A DNA stretch of 64,000 nt from Zygnema circumcarinatum SAG 698-1b. Its lineage: Eukaryota; Plantae; Zygnematophyceae. A program made the translations under genes and the position numbers. Shown here one piece after another: positions 1 through 12,570 of this stretch (within the stretch, counting starts at the first letter, position 1; every line of letters begins with the position of its first letter). Where the stretch lies: NCBI GenBank assembly GCA_037447605.1, contig CM074807.1, positions 2,428,327 through 2,492,326 of the forward strand, in the 5' to 3' direction. The notes beneath the pieces are model-generated. The model did no database searches. It saw only the letters and a list, made by a program, of their open reading frames with translations, and had not been told where the DNA came from.

Positions 1-1379
1 TGATGTCTCCGAGCTATCTGGCGAGCCCTAACTTACGTGCCTCCCCCATGTCGGGAGATGCCGCTTTCTCCCCATATGTGGGTGGTATGACTTTCTCGCC
101 CGGTCCTTCCCCTGGCTACAGCCCTGCATCTCCTGGCTACAGTCCAACCTCTCCTGGCTATAGTCCAAATTCTCCCAGCTACAGTCCAGCCTCTCCTTCG
201 TACAGTCCCACATCACCTGGATACAGCCCGACTTCTCCTGCATATTCACCTACAAGCCCATCATATTCACCAACTTCTCAAACTTACAGTCCTACATCAC
301 CAAGTTACAGTCCTACCTCACCTAGCTATAGTCCCACTTCTCCCAGCTACAGCCCCACCTCCCCAAGCTACAGCCCCACATCCCCGAACTATAGTCCAAC
401 ATCACCCAGCTATAGTCCCACTTCTCCAAGCTACAGTCCCACCTCACCTCGCTACAGCCCTTCATCACCTAGCTACAGCCCGACATCTCCAGCCTACAGT
501 CCCAGTTCTCCTGCTTACAGTCCCACCTCCCCAGGCTACAGCCCTTCTTCCCCCAGTTACAGTCCAACATCACCAAATTACAGCCCCACTTCTCCAAGCT
601 ACAGCCCAACATCTCCTAGCTACGGTCCCACATCACCCAGTTACAGCCCTGCATCACCTGGCTACAGCCCTGCATCTCCAAACTACAGTCCTACATCTCC
701 GGGCTATTCGCCAACGAGTCCGGCATACAGTCCATCGTCTCCTTCGTACAGGTTGGTGCCACCTCTGCTGCCCCCTGCCCTCTGCTTCTTGTTGGGGGTA
801 GTCCTTAATCAGGAGATGTATGTTGGATGTCTTGCAGCCCAACTTCCCCATCGTTCTCCCCTACATCGCCATCCTACTCTCCTGCAAGCCCGTCGTACAG
901 CCCCACTGCTCCAGCTTATTCGCCAACAAGGTACAGTTTGGTTGCTCTTTTTGCAGGGCATGTCTTAAGTCTTATGTTTCGTCCTTTTCAGGGGGTAAAG
1001 GGAGGGAAAGCAGTGGGCTTTCCAAGAGAGGATGCTGACGGTGGGTTCTCTCGTGGGTTTCTGGTCTCTAGTCCGGCATACTCTCCTGGAATGCAAACAT
1101 ATCAGCCCAGTTCATCCCAATACAGGTACTGCACTTCCTTTCCTCCTCCGGCCTCTCATTCTTTCCCCCTTTCCATTGTTGGGTCATCACAAACACCTGA
1201 CAAACTCTTGCCTCGAATAACTATTTGAGAAAGCGTCTTGGCGGGGCATGGGGAAATCAAACAGTCCATCTGGAGGAGACTACTCGCCGTCTGTACAAGG
1301 CTACTCGCCCCCAACCGGGGATTACACGCCAAGCTATACACCAAAAAAAGAGGAGTCGCAAAAGTCATCCCAAAAGTAG
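1..1379 (+). CDS. NRPB1: RNA polymerase II largest subunit, C-terminal part (5'-partial); exons 1-751, 838-930, 1072-1125, 1265-1379
   Basis: About 35 YSPTSPS-type heptads plus about 5 degenerate ones, preceded by the plant linker [29 protein letters not shown]. Three GT-AG introns (752-837, 931-1071, 1126-1264) restore the heptad frame to ...ESQKSSQK, stop TAG at 1377-1379. Confidence 0.96.
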
Positions 1380-1811
1380 TCAGAACTACCAGAGTCTCTT
1401 CCTGCCTTCGCTTTCAAGGGAATTTTGGCTACAATTTACACCGAATGAGGTTTTAGACTACCGTTGAACCGAACAGGTTGAGGAAAAAAGAAATTAAAGA
1501 TTTTGTCTTCTCACAAAGAAAAAAAACTTTCAAAACCAGTTTCTAAAAAAAAAACCCTGTATTTGTGAACACGATTCATTTTGAGTAGTGAGAAATGATT
1601 TCCTACATTTTTCTCAATACAATCTTATATGGAGAACCAATTAAACTTTGAACAATTTATTGTCGTTGGTGTTCAATTTGAGTTTCCCTTGGGTCCACCG
1701 ATCGAAAATGAGATTTTTAGCGGATCGCTTAAAGCGTAGACTCGGAGTTTCGTACAGAAACTGTTGATCAGCTCGCGAGAGAGTCGTACGGCAAAACTGG
1801 GGCCCGTGTTA

Positions 1812-2882
1812 CAGTAGGGGGTCCTCATATTTTCGCCATGGTTTTGGCAAATATGGGGCGAAAATCTTGATTTTGCAAATATGAGGTTCGTGTTACCAAT
1901 AGGCGGGCGGTATTATGTTAGAGTTCATGTTTACCCGTACGTTTCATACCGTATCGTATCGTATCGAGCCTCTTACGGCGGCACGAGCGGGAAGATTCGG
2001 TGAATTTTGCTTAAGCCCGTAACGGACTAGTACAGCAAGTACGAATACAGTCAGGGTTCCTCATATTTTCCACCCTGGTTTTGGCCAATATGAGGCGAAA
2101 ATATTGATTTTGCATATATAAGGTTCGTGTCACAAATAGACGGGCGGTATTATGTTAGAGTTCATGTTGGACCGTACGTATCGTAACGTACCATATCGTA
2201 CCGTATCGTATTGTATTGGCTACAGTGGGGGGTCCTCGTATTTACCACCCTAAGGAGTGCGTCCTCAATATTTTCGCCCCGATTTTGCCGAAACCACCTT
2301 TTTGTACGGTAACTTGTGTTAGCCGTACTATTCGTACTATTCGTACTGCCCGTACATGCCGTACTGCCAGTACTATCTGTACTAGCCGTTACGTGCTTAC
2401 GCAAAACTCACCTAATCTCCCCGCTCGTGCCGCCGTAAGAGGCGCTCGCTCTTCTCCCCGTCTTCTTGACTTCGATACGCTACGATACGATACGCCAACT
2501 ACGCTTATGCGTCACGATATGTTACGATACGATATGATTTTTAATGATACAGTACGATACGGTACGATATGGTACGGTACGATACGTACGGTCCAACATG
2601 AACTCTAACATAATACCGCCCGTCTATTCGTAACACGAACCTTTTATATGCAAAATTAATATTTTCGCCTCATATTGGCTGGAACCAGGGTGGAAAATAT
2701 GAGGACCCCCTACTGTACTACAGCTCGTACGGCTAGTACGGATAGTACCGTATCGGGGCGTTTCGTATTGCATCGTATCGTATCGTATCGTATCGTATCG
2801 AAACCAAGAAGAAGGGGAGAAGAGCGAGCGCCTCTTACGACGGCAAGTGCGGGGAGATTAGGTGAGTTTTGCGTAAGCCCGT
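1812..2882. mobile_element. Nest of Tc1/mariner-type foldback MITEs (left part)
   Basis: TA|CAGTAGGGGGTCCTCATATTTT at 1812 and its reverse complement ...AAAATATGAGGACCCCCTACTG|TA ending at 2715. Further arms start at 2048 and 2223; long inverted arms (about 2050-2220 vs 2550-2715; 2395-2490 vs 2775-2878); TACGA/GTAC microrepeats; no coding capacity. Confidence 0.75.
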
Positions 2883-3723
2883 TGTAGCGTAACGGAGCTG
2901 CGTTCGACGGATCTGCGTCAAATATGAAAGTTTGCGTTAACGGCGCTTCCGACCGTTGCGCCTGCTGCCGCTGCCTCTGCCGCGGCCACGTGGCAGCCTC
3001 TTGTCGTTGTCTTTGCGTTTTCCTGTCGCGTGTCTTGCTGCATTGCTCTGTTTTTGTTGTTTGTGCTTCTTTTCGTTTTTTGTTTTTTGTTTTTGGTTGT
3101 TTTGCTGCTGTTTTGCTGCGGTTTTTTCTGTTCTAAAGTTTCTCGCCTTGTTTTCTGACATTTTCTGCCGTAGCTTGTCTTGCTGTGTTGCGTTTTCCCT
3201 TTTGTCTCCCCCTTTGCGTCTCTTCGTCCTTGTGCTTCTTCTTTTTGAGCTGCTCTCGCCTTTTATGCCCTTTCCACCCTTTTTCTGCTGTTTTTCTCCT
3301 TCCTTTCCCTTCTCCCTTCCCGTCGCCTCCCTGGTCCCTTCCCTTCCCTTCCTTTCCTTATTCCTCCACCTCTGTTTCCCTATCCCTNNNNNNNNNNCAC
3401 ACCATCCAGCTAGGCGCACTCGGAAGCGCCGCAAAATGCCGCCGATTGTCATCAGTTGACCTATCCGAAGGCTCCACGTAGTCAGTAAGGCCTCTCAGTG
3501 GGCAGTTGGCCAATCAGAGGCTGTCACTGCTAAGGCTCAAGATCTATTGTCAGTGTTAAGTAGATGGGATGTCAGTGATGCTTTTTTGTCTTTTAGTGCT
3601 GGGCTTAGTATTTGTATTTGCTGTGTGGTTTGTTGTCTTGTTCTTCTTTCTTCTTTTCCTTCCTCTTCAGTTACAGCAACAGATGCTAAGTAAGAGAGAG
3701 AGAGAGAGAGAGAGTTCCATGCC

Positions 3724-3758
<35 letters not shown>

Positions 3759-4212
3759 CTTCTTGCTGATAGCATTTAGACGTCCCATTCAGCCGAGTCA
3801 GATAAAGATTTCATGAGAAGACAATTTCATTTTGTACGACAGTCCCTAGCCAACCCTTGTGGGGCTGGTTTCCAAAATACCACCTTTATCTAAGTTGTGT
3901 CCTGTTTTCCCTCTGCTGTCACTATGCCAAGCCCCTATCTTGCTCTATCCTGCCTTGCATTACTCTCAATGACCAATGATCACTAGAAGCCCAGTGGACA
4001 GACTAGCCCAGAGGACAGCAACAGCAGGAGGGTCCCCAGAAGGGCTCTCCGCGGCTCAAGTCCAGCCGCGGTGGGAACGTCTCCAGAACCCCACGCCTTC
4101 GCTGCGCACCCTTGAATCTCCTTGATCCTGGCTTGCAATGCCGCAGGAGACCCACACACCATCCCATCCCACGCGTGTTCCATGCCGGTGCTGCAGCACG
4201 CTGGCCCTCAGC
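2883..4212 (+). repeat. 5' LTR of element A (main part; last 30 bp at 10790-10819 after the B insertion)
   Basis: First 29 nt identical to 17073-17101; 3398-4200 aligns with about 17220-18040, closely over about 3520-3900. 2912-3387 is a pyrimidine-rich segment absent from the 3' LTR, followed by an N gap. Confidence 0.8.
3693..3757. repeat. Paired (GA)n microsatellites inside the element A LTR (copy at 17509-17567)
   Basis: Two GA tracts separated by TTCCATGCCATAGATA in both LTRs. Confidence 0.9.
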
Positions 4213-4990
4213 CTAGTCCGCAGCGGGACGTGACACTCACCCCAGGGGGAAGGGCTACTTGGATTTGGGCGACGCCCGGGACCCCTGCTGGACCGCGCCC
4301 GTCCCATGTGATGAGCACCCTCGATGCACGCAGCTGCCAGCGCAGCCCTGCTGCTCGCGTGCAGCGGACTGCGTGTAGCTGATGCATGGCGTGCTGCCGT
4401 GCCTTGTGCGCGGCTGCTGCGGATGCGGTGGAAACTGCTCCATGTGTACACCTCTGACCCATTCGAGTCAGAGAGGACATGGTGGCTGTCTGCCCATCCA
4501 CAGTCTGTCCATCCTCCATGCTGGAGGACACTTCACGGGGAAAGTGCAAAGGGTGAGGGTGACTGCTGTCACCTGAGTTGAAATCACTGCACATGACCCT
4601 GCATCCTGCCCGGGCGCTCTGAGCCGGAGCTCTCTCTCTCGTGGCTCTCTGAACTCTTGAGTGCTGGCCTGGGAATTCGCGCAGGCTGAAGGAGGCAGAT
4701 TTCAGTTGTTACAGTTGGGTCAGAGCTGTGTTTGGCGGCCTTCTCGCTGAAGACCTTGTCATGGTGACCACTCGCGGGCCCGAGGGCACCTGGGGCCCTC
4801 GGGGCCACCTCCACTACCTGCCCTCGGACGCAGGCCATGAGCAGGCTCGCAGACCGCCACCCCATGGAGGGGCCCAGTCCAGCCCACGCATGACCAGGTC
4901 GCCGCTGCCCTCCCGCGCCATTGGAGCTCGCTGGTCCAGCATCGCTTCCACCATGATCGGGGCCCACATTATGGTGGGCGCTTCCCGAAG

Positions 4991-6081
4991 ATGAAGAGAA
5001 GATCGACGACGCAGCGGCATGCCCAGGAAGTAGTTGCGCCATTGATGGCTGGCATGAGGCAGGTGGATGACATGGGAGCTCACGGTCGCTGCGCGCGGTG
5101 GACACGCCCTCAAATGGAGTTCTGGGGCCTTTCGGACAGGCTCCGAAGGATCGAGGAAGGTATGCCCCGAACCCCCCCTCAGGCTGTAGAGGCAGTGGAT
5201 GCATCAGGTCCTGGGGAAGGGGTTAGGCAAACCACTCCGGTGGCGTCGTCTGTCCCGACGCCCCAACCGGCTGCCGGAAGCAGCCGGCAGAAGTCCGGAC
5301 CCCCTGGTTTTTCCACGGGGGGAAGTCACCCTCACGGGGGTGGCGAACCACCTACGCTGGGCGAGCAGATCCCAGTCCTCCGACCGCCTCTCTCCGCACC
5401 CTATGAGGATGCCCGCGAATCGGGCCAAGGTGGCCCCTCTTTCCTTTCGGGCGGGGCATCGGCATCACGACCGCCCGGACCAGCAGTGGTTGGGTCAGAA
5501 GGGCTACCTTTTGGCGACCCAACCGTCCCCCTCCAGCTGGGCAAGCTTTGCTTATCAGCACTCAGGAGCGCATACGTGTGTATGAGGGCCTCTCTGATGA
5601 GATTGGGGACGATTGGGATAAGTTCAGAGATGAACTTATCAACCACTTTGGGGCCTTGGATCCCGGCTTGGAGGCCCGGGATAAATTTCAGAACATGGTC
5701 CAAACCGGCAGTGTCAAGCACCTAAGCTGACTCTAAGCTGTACTTTGATGCAGCCATTCAGTTGGACACCGCCCTTGCAAGGCCAGATGCAGCCCTTTTG
5801 ACTCAGCAAAGGTCGGGCCACGTGACAGGGCTTGTGGCAGGTGGGCTTTACCAGTCCCTGCCAAACTGGCAGGAAAGAACAAGCGGAAGCAGCCGGAAGT
5901 GGCTGCCCGCCCACCCACTGCACGGCCGCAGAAGTTGACTCCAGAGGAAATGGAGAAGATGCAGCGGGAGAACAAGTGTTTCCGCTGCCGCAAGGAGGGG
6001 CATAAGGCCCGGGATTGCCCTCTGAACGCTAAGGACAGAAAGGGCAAGGGGCCGGAAAACCCCAACCCACCAGCAGTTTAG
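4991..6081 (+). pseudogene. gag: gag of element B (frameshifted or noisy) with CCHC zinc knuckle
   Basis: WDKFRDELINHFGALDP...ARDKFQNMVQTGSV capsid-like region; CFRCRKEGHKARDC knuckle; stop at 6079-6081. Confidence 0.8.
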
Positions 6082-9000
6082 GAGTCGCTGCTGGTGGAGT
6101 AAACAGGTTAGGGGATGGGAGGACAGTTGCCGTCAATGTTAAGGGACTTTTGTGGCTTAGGACCACGGACATTCTTAACTTGCTGGGCAGACCTTTGGGG
6201 GTGCACGATCTCGTTGTGTGTCATGCGCTTCCTGATTCCATGTCCCTTTCCCCTGCCACCGTGGTGACTCCCTCTAGGCTTATGGATGTACTGATGCGTG
6301 GCCAGTGGCATGTTTCAATTCTCAATGTTATGGGGGATGATGTCTTGCTGAGATGTGCCATGGATGCCTTGCTTGTCTTGCGGGATACTTCCCATATCCT
6401 TGGGCTGCATGTGCTGGTTCCTCAGCACTTGGCAGTTCGCACTTTTCCCAACGCCAACTGGCGGTTGATGAAACAGCTGAGGAAAGGGCATAAGCTAGTG
6501 CAGACGATGGAAGGATCCACCAGCTTGCTGGTTGGCTCACCCTACACATTGGTGTGGAGGACGGCTCGTCCTCAACCTTCGCATATAGTGCGATCTATGT
6601 TCCACCTTGCCCATCGTGCCATGACCTTCATCGGGTCAGCCAATGGCCACCCAGCAGTTTTACTGCTCGATACTGGGGCAGATGCTAACTTTGTTAGTTC
6701 TGCGTTCACCCGGAGATGTGGGTTGACCACAGATCCCCATTCAGAAAGTGTTACTTTCGGGGATGGACGCAAGGGCCAGATCTCTGGTAGCGTCACACTC
6801 AAGATCAAGCTCCAATCCTACTCCGGGGCAGTCAAGTGTCTTCTAACACAACTGGCCCCTGGTACTGATGTTATCTTGGGGAGTGCTTGGTTAACCATGG
6901 TCAAAGCACAAATGGACTTTTCTGTCCCACATTGCATTCTGCACAGTGGTGACAGGCGGCTTACCCTGCACCCTGGCAGAGCCACATCCGCTGCTATCAA
7001 GCAGCCTGCTACTCCTTATCTGTGCTCAGCTATGCAATTGGCCAAAGCAGTTAAGGAAGGTTGCACCTTGTTCATGGTGCATGTCATGGCAGCCACTGAG
7101 GATGTTCATGACGAAGATCAGGAATGGCAGATCACATCTACAGATGTGCTCTCGGCCGTTCCACCCAAAATCCAACCTTTGTTGGATGAGTTCAGGGATG
7201 TTTTCCCTGACGACCTTCCAAGAGGGTTGCTACCATCATAGGAGTGGACACAACCCCTTCTTGAGCCTAGCAAAGCTTGTTGGTTGCCAACTCATCGGTT
7301 AAGCCCGAAAGAAATTGAGGCAGATGCCGAAGCACTGGCAACTTTACGCGAAAAAGGCTGATAGCATCAGCCAGGCCCTCTGGGGTTGCCCATCTTGTTT
7401 GTTGGGAAGAAAGATGGTTTGTTGAGGATGTGCATTGATTATCGCGCACTCAACAAGATCACCGTAAAGAACCGTTTTGCTTTACCACGTATTGATGATC
7501 TGTTGGATCGTCTTCACGGCGCCAGAGTGTTTACTTCAATCGATCTTGCTCAGGGGTACCATCAGATCCGTGTTACGGAAGCTGATGTGCCAAAAACTGC
7601 GTTCCGGACGCCGATTGGTCATTTCCAATATAAGGTGTTGCCCTTTGGATTGACTGAATGTCTTTGCGGCTTTCCAGTGTGATGAACGAAATGTCCATTG
7701 GGATGATGAAGTTTGTTTTGGCTCACCTTTGACTACATCCTGTCTTCAGAGACAGAGGAGGAACATCTTAACATGTTCGAAAGTGTTTGAGACCTGAGGA
7801 CGCATCATTTATGCCAAGAGAAGTGGTTCACTTCATGACATGAATTGTTTATCTTGGGATATTAATGATCAGGGTCTTCGGCTGATCCTGCCAAAGTTTC
7901 CGCGGTAGAAACTTGGGCGCCACCGACTGACCTGCACCAGTTGAGGTCTTTTCTGGGCTTTGCGAATTATTTTCGTAAGTTCATCCAAGGGTTTAGTAAA
8001 TTGGTTACTCCCCACTAATCTTGGTGCGTTGGTGTTCCTTTATAAAACTACTTACGCCAGGGCACGCATTTGAAGGCGCGCCATGACATGTTACCGCTGC
8101 CTGCACTTTTGCTTAGTCGGTCCGCCCAAGCTTATGAAAGTGGTTCGCGATGCTTCGGTCCTGGTGCCATCTTGTTTCAAGATGGCTGACCTCTAAGGCC
8201 AGACGGAAGTTGGCAAGCTGAATCCTGCTGAGCGCAACTATTCTGCAACCGAACAGGAACTGCTTGCAGTGGTCCACGCCCTGAGGACATGGCGGTGCTA
8301 TTTAGAGGGGGCGAAAGCGGTCACGCTGGTCACGACCACCGCCCGTCACGCCCCCTCCACCCAATAGACTGCCCAGGCGGAGGCACGCTTGGTTGTAGTC
8401 CCCCAAGGTTTGGACTGCTGGCCTTGAGCGATCGGCCGGAAGGCTTGATGTAGCAGGTCCATGAGTAGGCAGCCTTGGCATCTTGCTGACTGTGCCTCTC
8501 ACCTGAGGTTGGTGGATCAGACTGACAGTGAGCCATCCTTGAGTCTCCGTCCTCCAGCATGTTTGTCATAGATCCCTCCACCAGTGACGCAGTCAACCCT
8601 CTTGCTCTCTCTGATCTCAGACAGATGATTCAGGAGGGGTATGCTGGTGATCCTTTGTTCCTGGATGGCCAAGGAAATGGCTATAAGGACAAAGTGGTGT
8701 CTAAGGCTGGATTCTGGTACCACGGCCAGGCAGCCTGCTCGTGCCCAGGCCGGGACTGCAGTGGGAGCCCATTCTGGGGCGAGCACTGCCAGAAAGCCTC
8801 ACATGGGAGTTGCCAAAACCCGCTGAGGCACCGCCCGAGAGTTTTGGTGGCCTGGACTCTCGAGGGACGTGAAAGCGTATGTACTCGCTTGTCCAACTTG
8901 TCAACGAAACAAACCCCGCACTGGCAGGATCCCTGGCCAGCTGCAACCCCTCACACCTCCTTTTCGGAAATGGGATAGTGTGGGTATGGACTTGATCACA

Positions 9001-10249
9001 GATCTTCCTGTGACACCTCGGGGGCATGACTCCATCCTCGTCTTTGTCGATCGGCTCAGCAAGATGGTGCATTTTGCACCAACTACTAAGACAGCTGGGG
9101 CCGACGAGATTGCACGGTTGTATGTTGACAAAGTGTGGAGCCAGCATGGTCTTCAGTCAGAAATTGTGTCTGACCGTGATCCACGATTCACCGGCCATTT
9201 TTGGACGGAAGTGCTCAAAATCGTTGGGACCAAGCAGGCGTTGAGTACAGCTTTCCACCCGCAAACCGATGGCCAGACGGAACGGGTGAAGAGGATCCTG
9301 GAGGATTACCTCCGGCATTATGTGGGACCTACCCCGGATGGGTGGGACGAACTGCTCCCAGTGGCGGAGTATGCCATCAATATGGCTTACGAGGAGTCCA
9401 TTGTACCACCCCTTTCTTCCCCAAGCTTTGGCCACATCCCCAAATCCCTCAACCAAGGGATCAGCCCCCTGAATTTGCGGAATATGGATGGTCCACAGTA
9501 ACTCTACCTTGGAAGCTGAGAGGACTTATGGCATCTAACCTTTTGCATCCATAGGCTTTTGTCCATAATGTTGAGGGTGTGTAGGGCATGGGAGACCTGC
9601 ATGAGCGGCCCAGTTGTGACAAAAGGCCTATGCTGACCGTTACCGTACTCAACTCACCTTCAATGAGGGCGATGAGGTGTTGTTAAGTACGGCGAACTTG
9701 AGACTCAAAGCTTATGGCGGAACACGTAAGCTGTGGCCCCGCTTCATTGGACCTTTCAGGGTCGGGAAGCGAATCAATGATGTCGCTTACAGGTTGGATT
9801 TACCATCCCACATGAAGGTGCATCCGGTCTTTCATGTGGGTTTGCTAAAGGTCTACCGTAGCGATGGGAGGATCCAACCACCTCCCCCACCAGTGGAACT
9901 TGAAGGTGAACTTGAGTATGAAGTTGAAACCATTCAAGCCCACCGTATTGTGAGAAAGGGTCGCTCTTCCCGTCACGAATACCTCGTGAAGTGGTTGGGC
10001 TATGGGGTTGAACATAGCACATGGGAAGCCGAGGGCAACTTAACCAATTGCCAGGAGCTCATCAACTTGTACTGGGAGGCGCAGGCCGCAGGAGAGCGGG
10101 CGAGGGCGGCACGGGGGGTTCCCGGGCCGTCCCCGCGCAACTCGGAAAGGGACTTGACCGGGATTATCGCTGAGCCCTCCCGGTTATCACGTAGAGTTCG
10201 ACGCGTGCCGTTGAAACTACGAGCTGCCTTTACTACCCCACACACGTGA
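6081..10249 (+). pseudogene. pol: pol of element B: extra N-terminal domain, PR, RT, RNase H, integrase, GPY/F, chromodomain (disrupted)
   Basis: LLDTGA protease; [33 protein letters not shown]; NPAERNYSATEQELLAVVHALRTWRCYL RNase H; CPTCQRNK and VFVDRLSKMVHF...FHPQTDGQTER integrase; KLWPRFIGPF; EYEVETI...EYLVKWLGY...STWE chromodomain. Confidence 0.92.
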
Positions 10250-10819
10250 ATCGGTGCGCTCACATTCTCACAGGGGGAGGATGAGCGAGACGAACAGAGT
10301 CCCCCCAAAGGGGGAAGGGTTACCTGGACTCCGGGCCACGCTCGATCCCCTGCTTGAGTTCGCGCCCGTCCGCACGCTAACGGTCACCGATGCACGCACA
10401 CGCCAGCCGCACCCGCGCGCGCGCGTAGGATCCGACCGTGCACTGACGTACGGCGGCGCGCCGCGTCGCGGCGCGCGCCGCGGAATGCGGTGAGCGTTCG
10501 TACGTTGTACACCTCTGACCCATTCGAGTCAGAGAGGGACACGTGGCAGTCTGCCATTGGACAGCTCTGCTTCCAATCCTCCATGCTGGTAGGAGGTTCA
10601 ACGGGGGAAGCGTAAAGGGGCGAGGGTGACTGTCGTCACCCAACGAACGTACCGGCATACGGTTGCACGCCCGTCCCGGGCTGCTCCCCACTCGGAAGCT
10701 CTCTCTCTCTCTCCCTGGCTCTCTGAACTCTGAGTGCTGGTTAAGTGCAATTCCGCGCAGGCTGAAGGAGGTAGATTTCAGTCGTTACATCAGCAATCTC
10801 CTTTTAACCCCACTTATCT

Positions 10820-10831
10820 TGGTATCAGAGC
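10820..10831 (+). promoter_or_regulatory. Primer-binding site of element A (initiator Met tRNA)
   Basis: Exact TGGTATCAGAGC directly after the LTR sequence CAGCAATCTCCTTTTAACCCCACTTATCT that is shared with the 3' LTR. Confidence 0.9.
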
Positions 10832-10903
10832 AGAAGGTTTTGCAGATCCACGTACCTCGATACGTGAGGCTGCCGATCCTGTGCCCCGTGTCACAGCCGC
10901 CAT

Positions 10904-12570
10904 GGATGAAGAGCTGCAGCAAGAGGGACAAGCAGATCTTCACGAGTATTCAGATGAAGACTTGGCACCTCAAGAAGAAGAAGAACAGGCGATCGGAAAT
11001 CCGAGGACGGATTCAGACTCAGAGGAAGAAGCAGTCAGAGAGAGACTGAAGATGGGCATCACCGAAGAGAACCCTTATCCCAGTCTGGCTTACCTTGAGC
11101 AGATCGAGTCGATTGAAGAGCTGCAGCGACTCCGTCTAGGCAGCGATGGCCACAAACTCCGCTGGCAGTATGCACGCCGCATGATCAAGCTGGCAGCCTG
11201 CCCGGTCGCTGTCACGGCCGCGGATGCCGTGAAGAGAGGAGTGCCGTTTGAACCTGCGGTCCCCACCGCGGCCCCCCAGAGACAGAACCCACGAGATCTC
11301 AGTCGGATAACTACTGCACCAGGAGTCCCTTCAAGCACAGCAGCAGCACGCAGTCCCACAGCAGCAGCAAGGGAATCATCACAAAGACACCCTCACCTCG
11401 GGTTCACGACTGTCCACGCAGCCCCAGCAGTGGCCAGCTTCAGGGGGCAAGGGTAGGACGACTCGATGGACCCTCCAGCCTCCGAGAATCAACCCTGCAG
11501 ACACACGAGTCACACCTTGGTTTCCCCACAAGTGGAAGAGATGATGACAAAACTGATAGCCTTGATTCCTGAAAAGAGTGAGGTGAGGGATACCACGGGC
11601 ATCATCACTAGAGGCTTCACCGGCAAGCAGGAAGATGCAGAGTCTTGGCTGAGACACCTTGAGGAGAAGGCAGCGCAAGCAGACCTGAAGGAGGACCAGT
11701 GGATCAAGCTTGCCCTTGGAGCGCTGGAAGGCGAGGCAGTCAACTGGAAGCTGTCCCGAAACTGGCACAAAGCAGATGTCGTCGCCACCCTGACAAGGGA
11801 CACATTCAAGCAAGCTTTCAGACAACGTTGGACTTCAGATCCATCACGCTAGATTGGTTTGCGGCGACATAAAGGCTGTTATATACGGAAATGCGTTTCA
11901 TTTACTTGACTGTTCTCGCGTTGCATGGCAAAATACGATTCAGACTTGCCTGGCTCTTTGAAGTGCTCTGACGGTCTCGCAGGCTATCAGCGAGGAACAA
12001 CTCCACCTCATTGAGCTGCGAGACAACCTACTATAGATGCCCATATTGTTAGACAGGCAGCAGCGAACCTCGAGAAGGATCAAGAGAGAGGGCAACCGAC
12101 ATTATTGACCACATTACATGAATTGCGACAGATCCATTGAGGAGATTGAATCTTAACGCGAGCTCTGAGACACATCAGGAACTGTATGATCCCCACGACA
12201 TCTTTAGCAAACAAGCCACCTTTCTCTCGGCATCCCTGTCACCCGGGCAGCCCTACTGGCTGAGCCGGCCAGAGCGGACACAACCAAGCCCCTTCCCCCT
12301 CCCCACCCTCATGATCCTGCGCATCCCACTGAGCGCCTGCTGTCATACGAGATGTTTCCGTCCAGGATACCCGGGCCTCACTCCGATCGCATTGGAGAAG
12401 AGAGAGAGAAGCTGCCGAGCCGCACCCGCGCGTCGCATGACACAGAAGAATTTCCTGAGGGCGCATGCTCTGCCCTGTGGCCTCATCACACCGCGGCTGC
12501 GCGCGGACCATGGACCTGCACCTTCTGTCAGATTACGGGAGATGCATGCCCTGTGAAATGTGCATGCTGA
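10904..12570 (+). pseudogene. gag: gag of element A (disrupted)
   Basis: Acidic N-terminus, then capsid-like FTGKQEDAESWLRHLE...WIKLALGALEGEAVNW...FKQAFRQRW; knuckle remnant CTFCQITG near 12510. Confidence 0.7.

Larger units (their letters stand above)
4213..10789 (+). mobile_element. Ty3/Gypsy chromovirus B inserted into the U5 end of element A's 5' LTR
   Basis: LTRs ~4213-4713 and 10282-10789, both ending ...TTCAGT(T/C)GTTACA. PBS-like TGGGTCAGAGC at 4716-4726; PPT AGGGGGAGGA at 10272-10281; probable TSD TCAGC (4208-4212, 10790-10794; left edge noisy); gag, PR, RT, RH, IN and chromodomain present. Confidence 0.88.

Noticed and set aside
111-751. 21-bp periodic array resembling a CRISPR or satellite
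   Set aside because: It is the coding heptad repeat of the RPB1 CTD; no spacers or cas genes, and the context is eukaryotic.
2937-3459. Lys/Arg-rich and Phe/Leu/Cys-rich ORFs
   Set aside because: Translations of a low-complexity pyrimidine tract crossing an N gap.
4213-10789. Dating element B (or A) as ancient from LTR divergence
   Set aside because: Differences are patchy and indel-rich next to near-identical blocks and N gaps, consistent with low-accuracy sequence rather than age.
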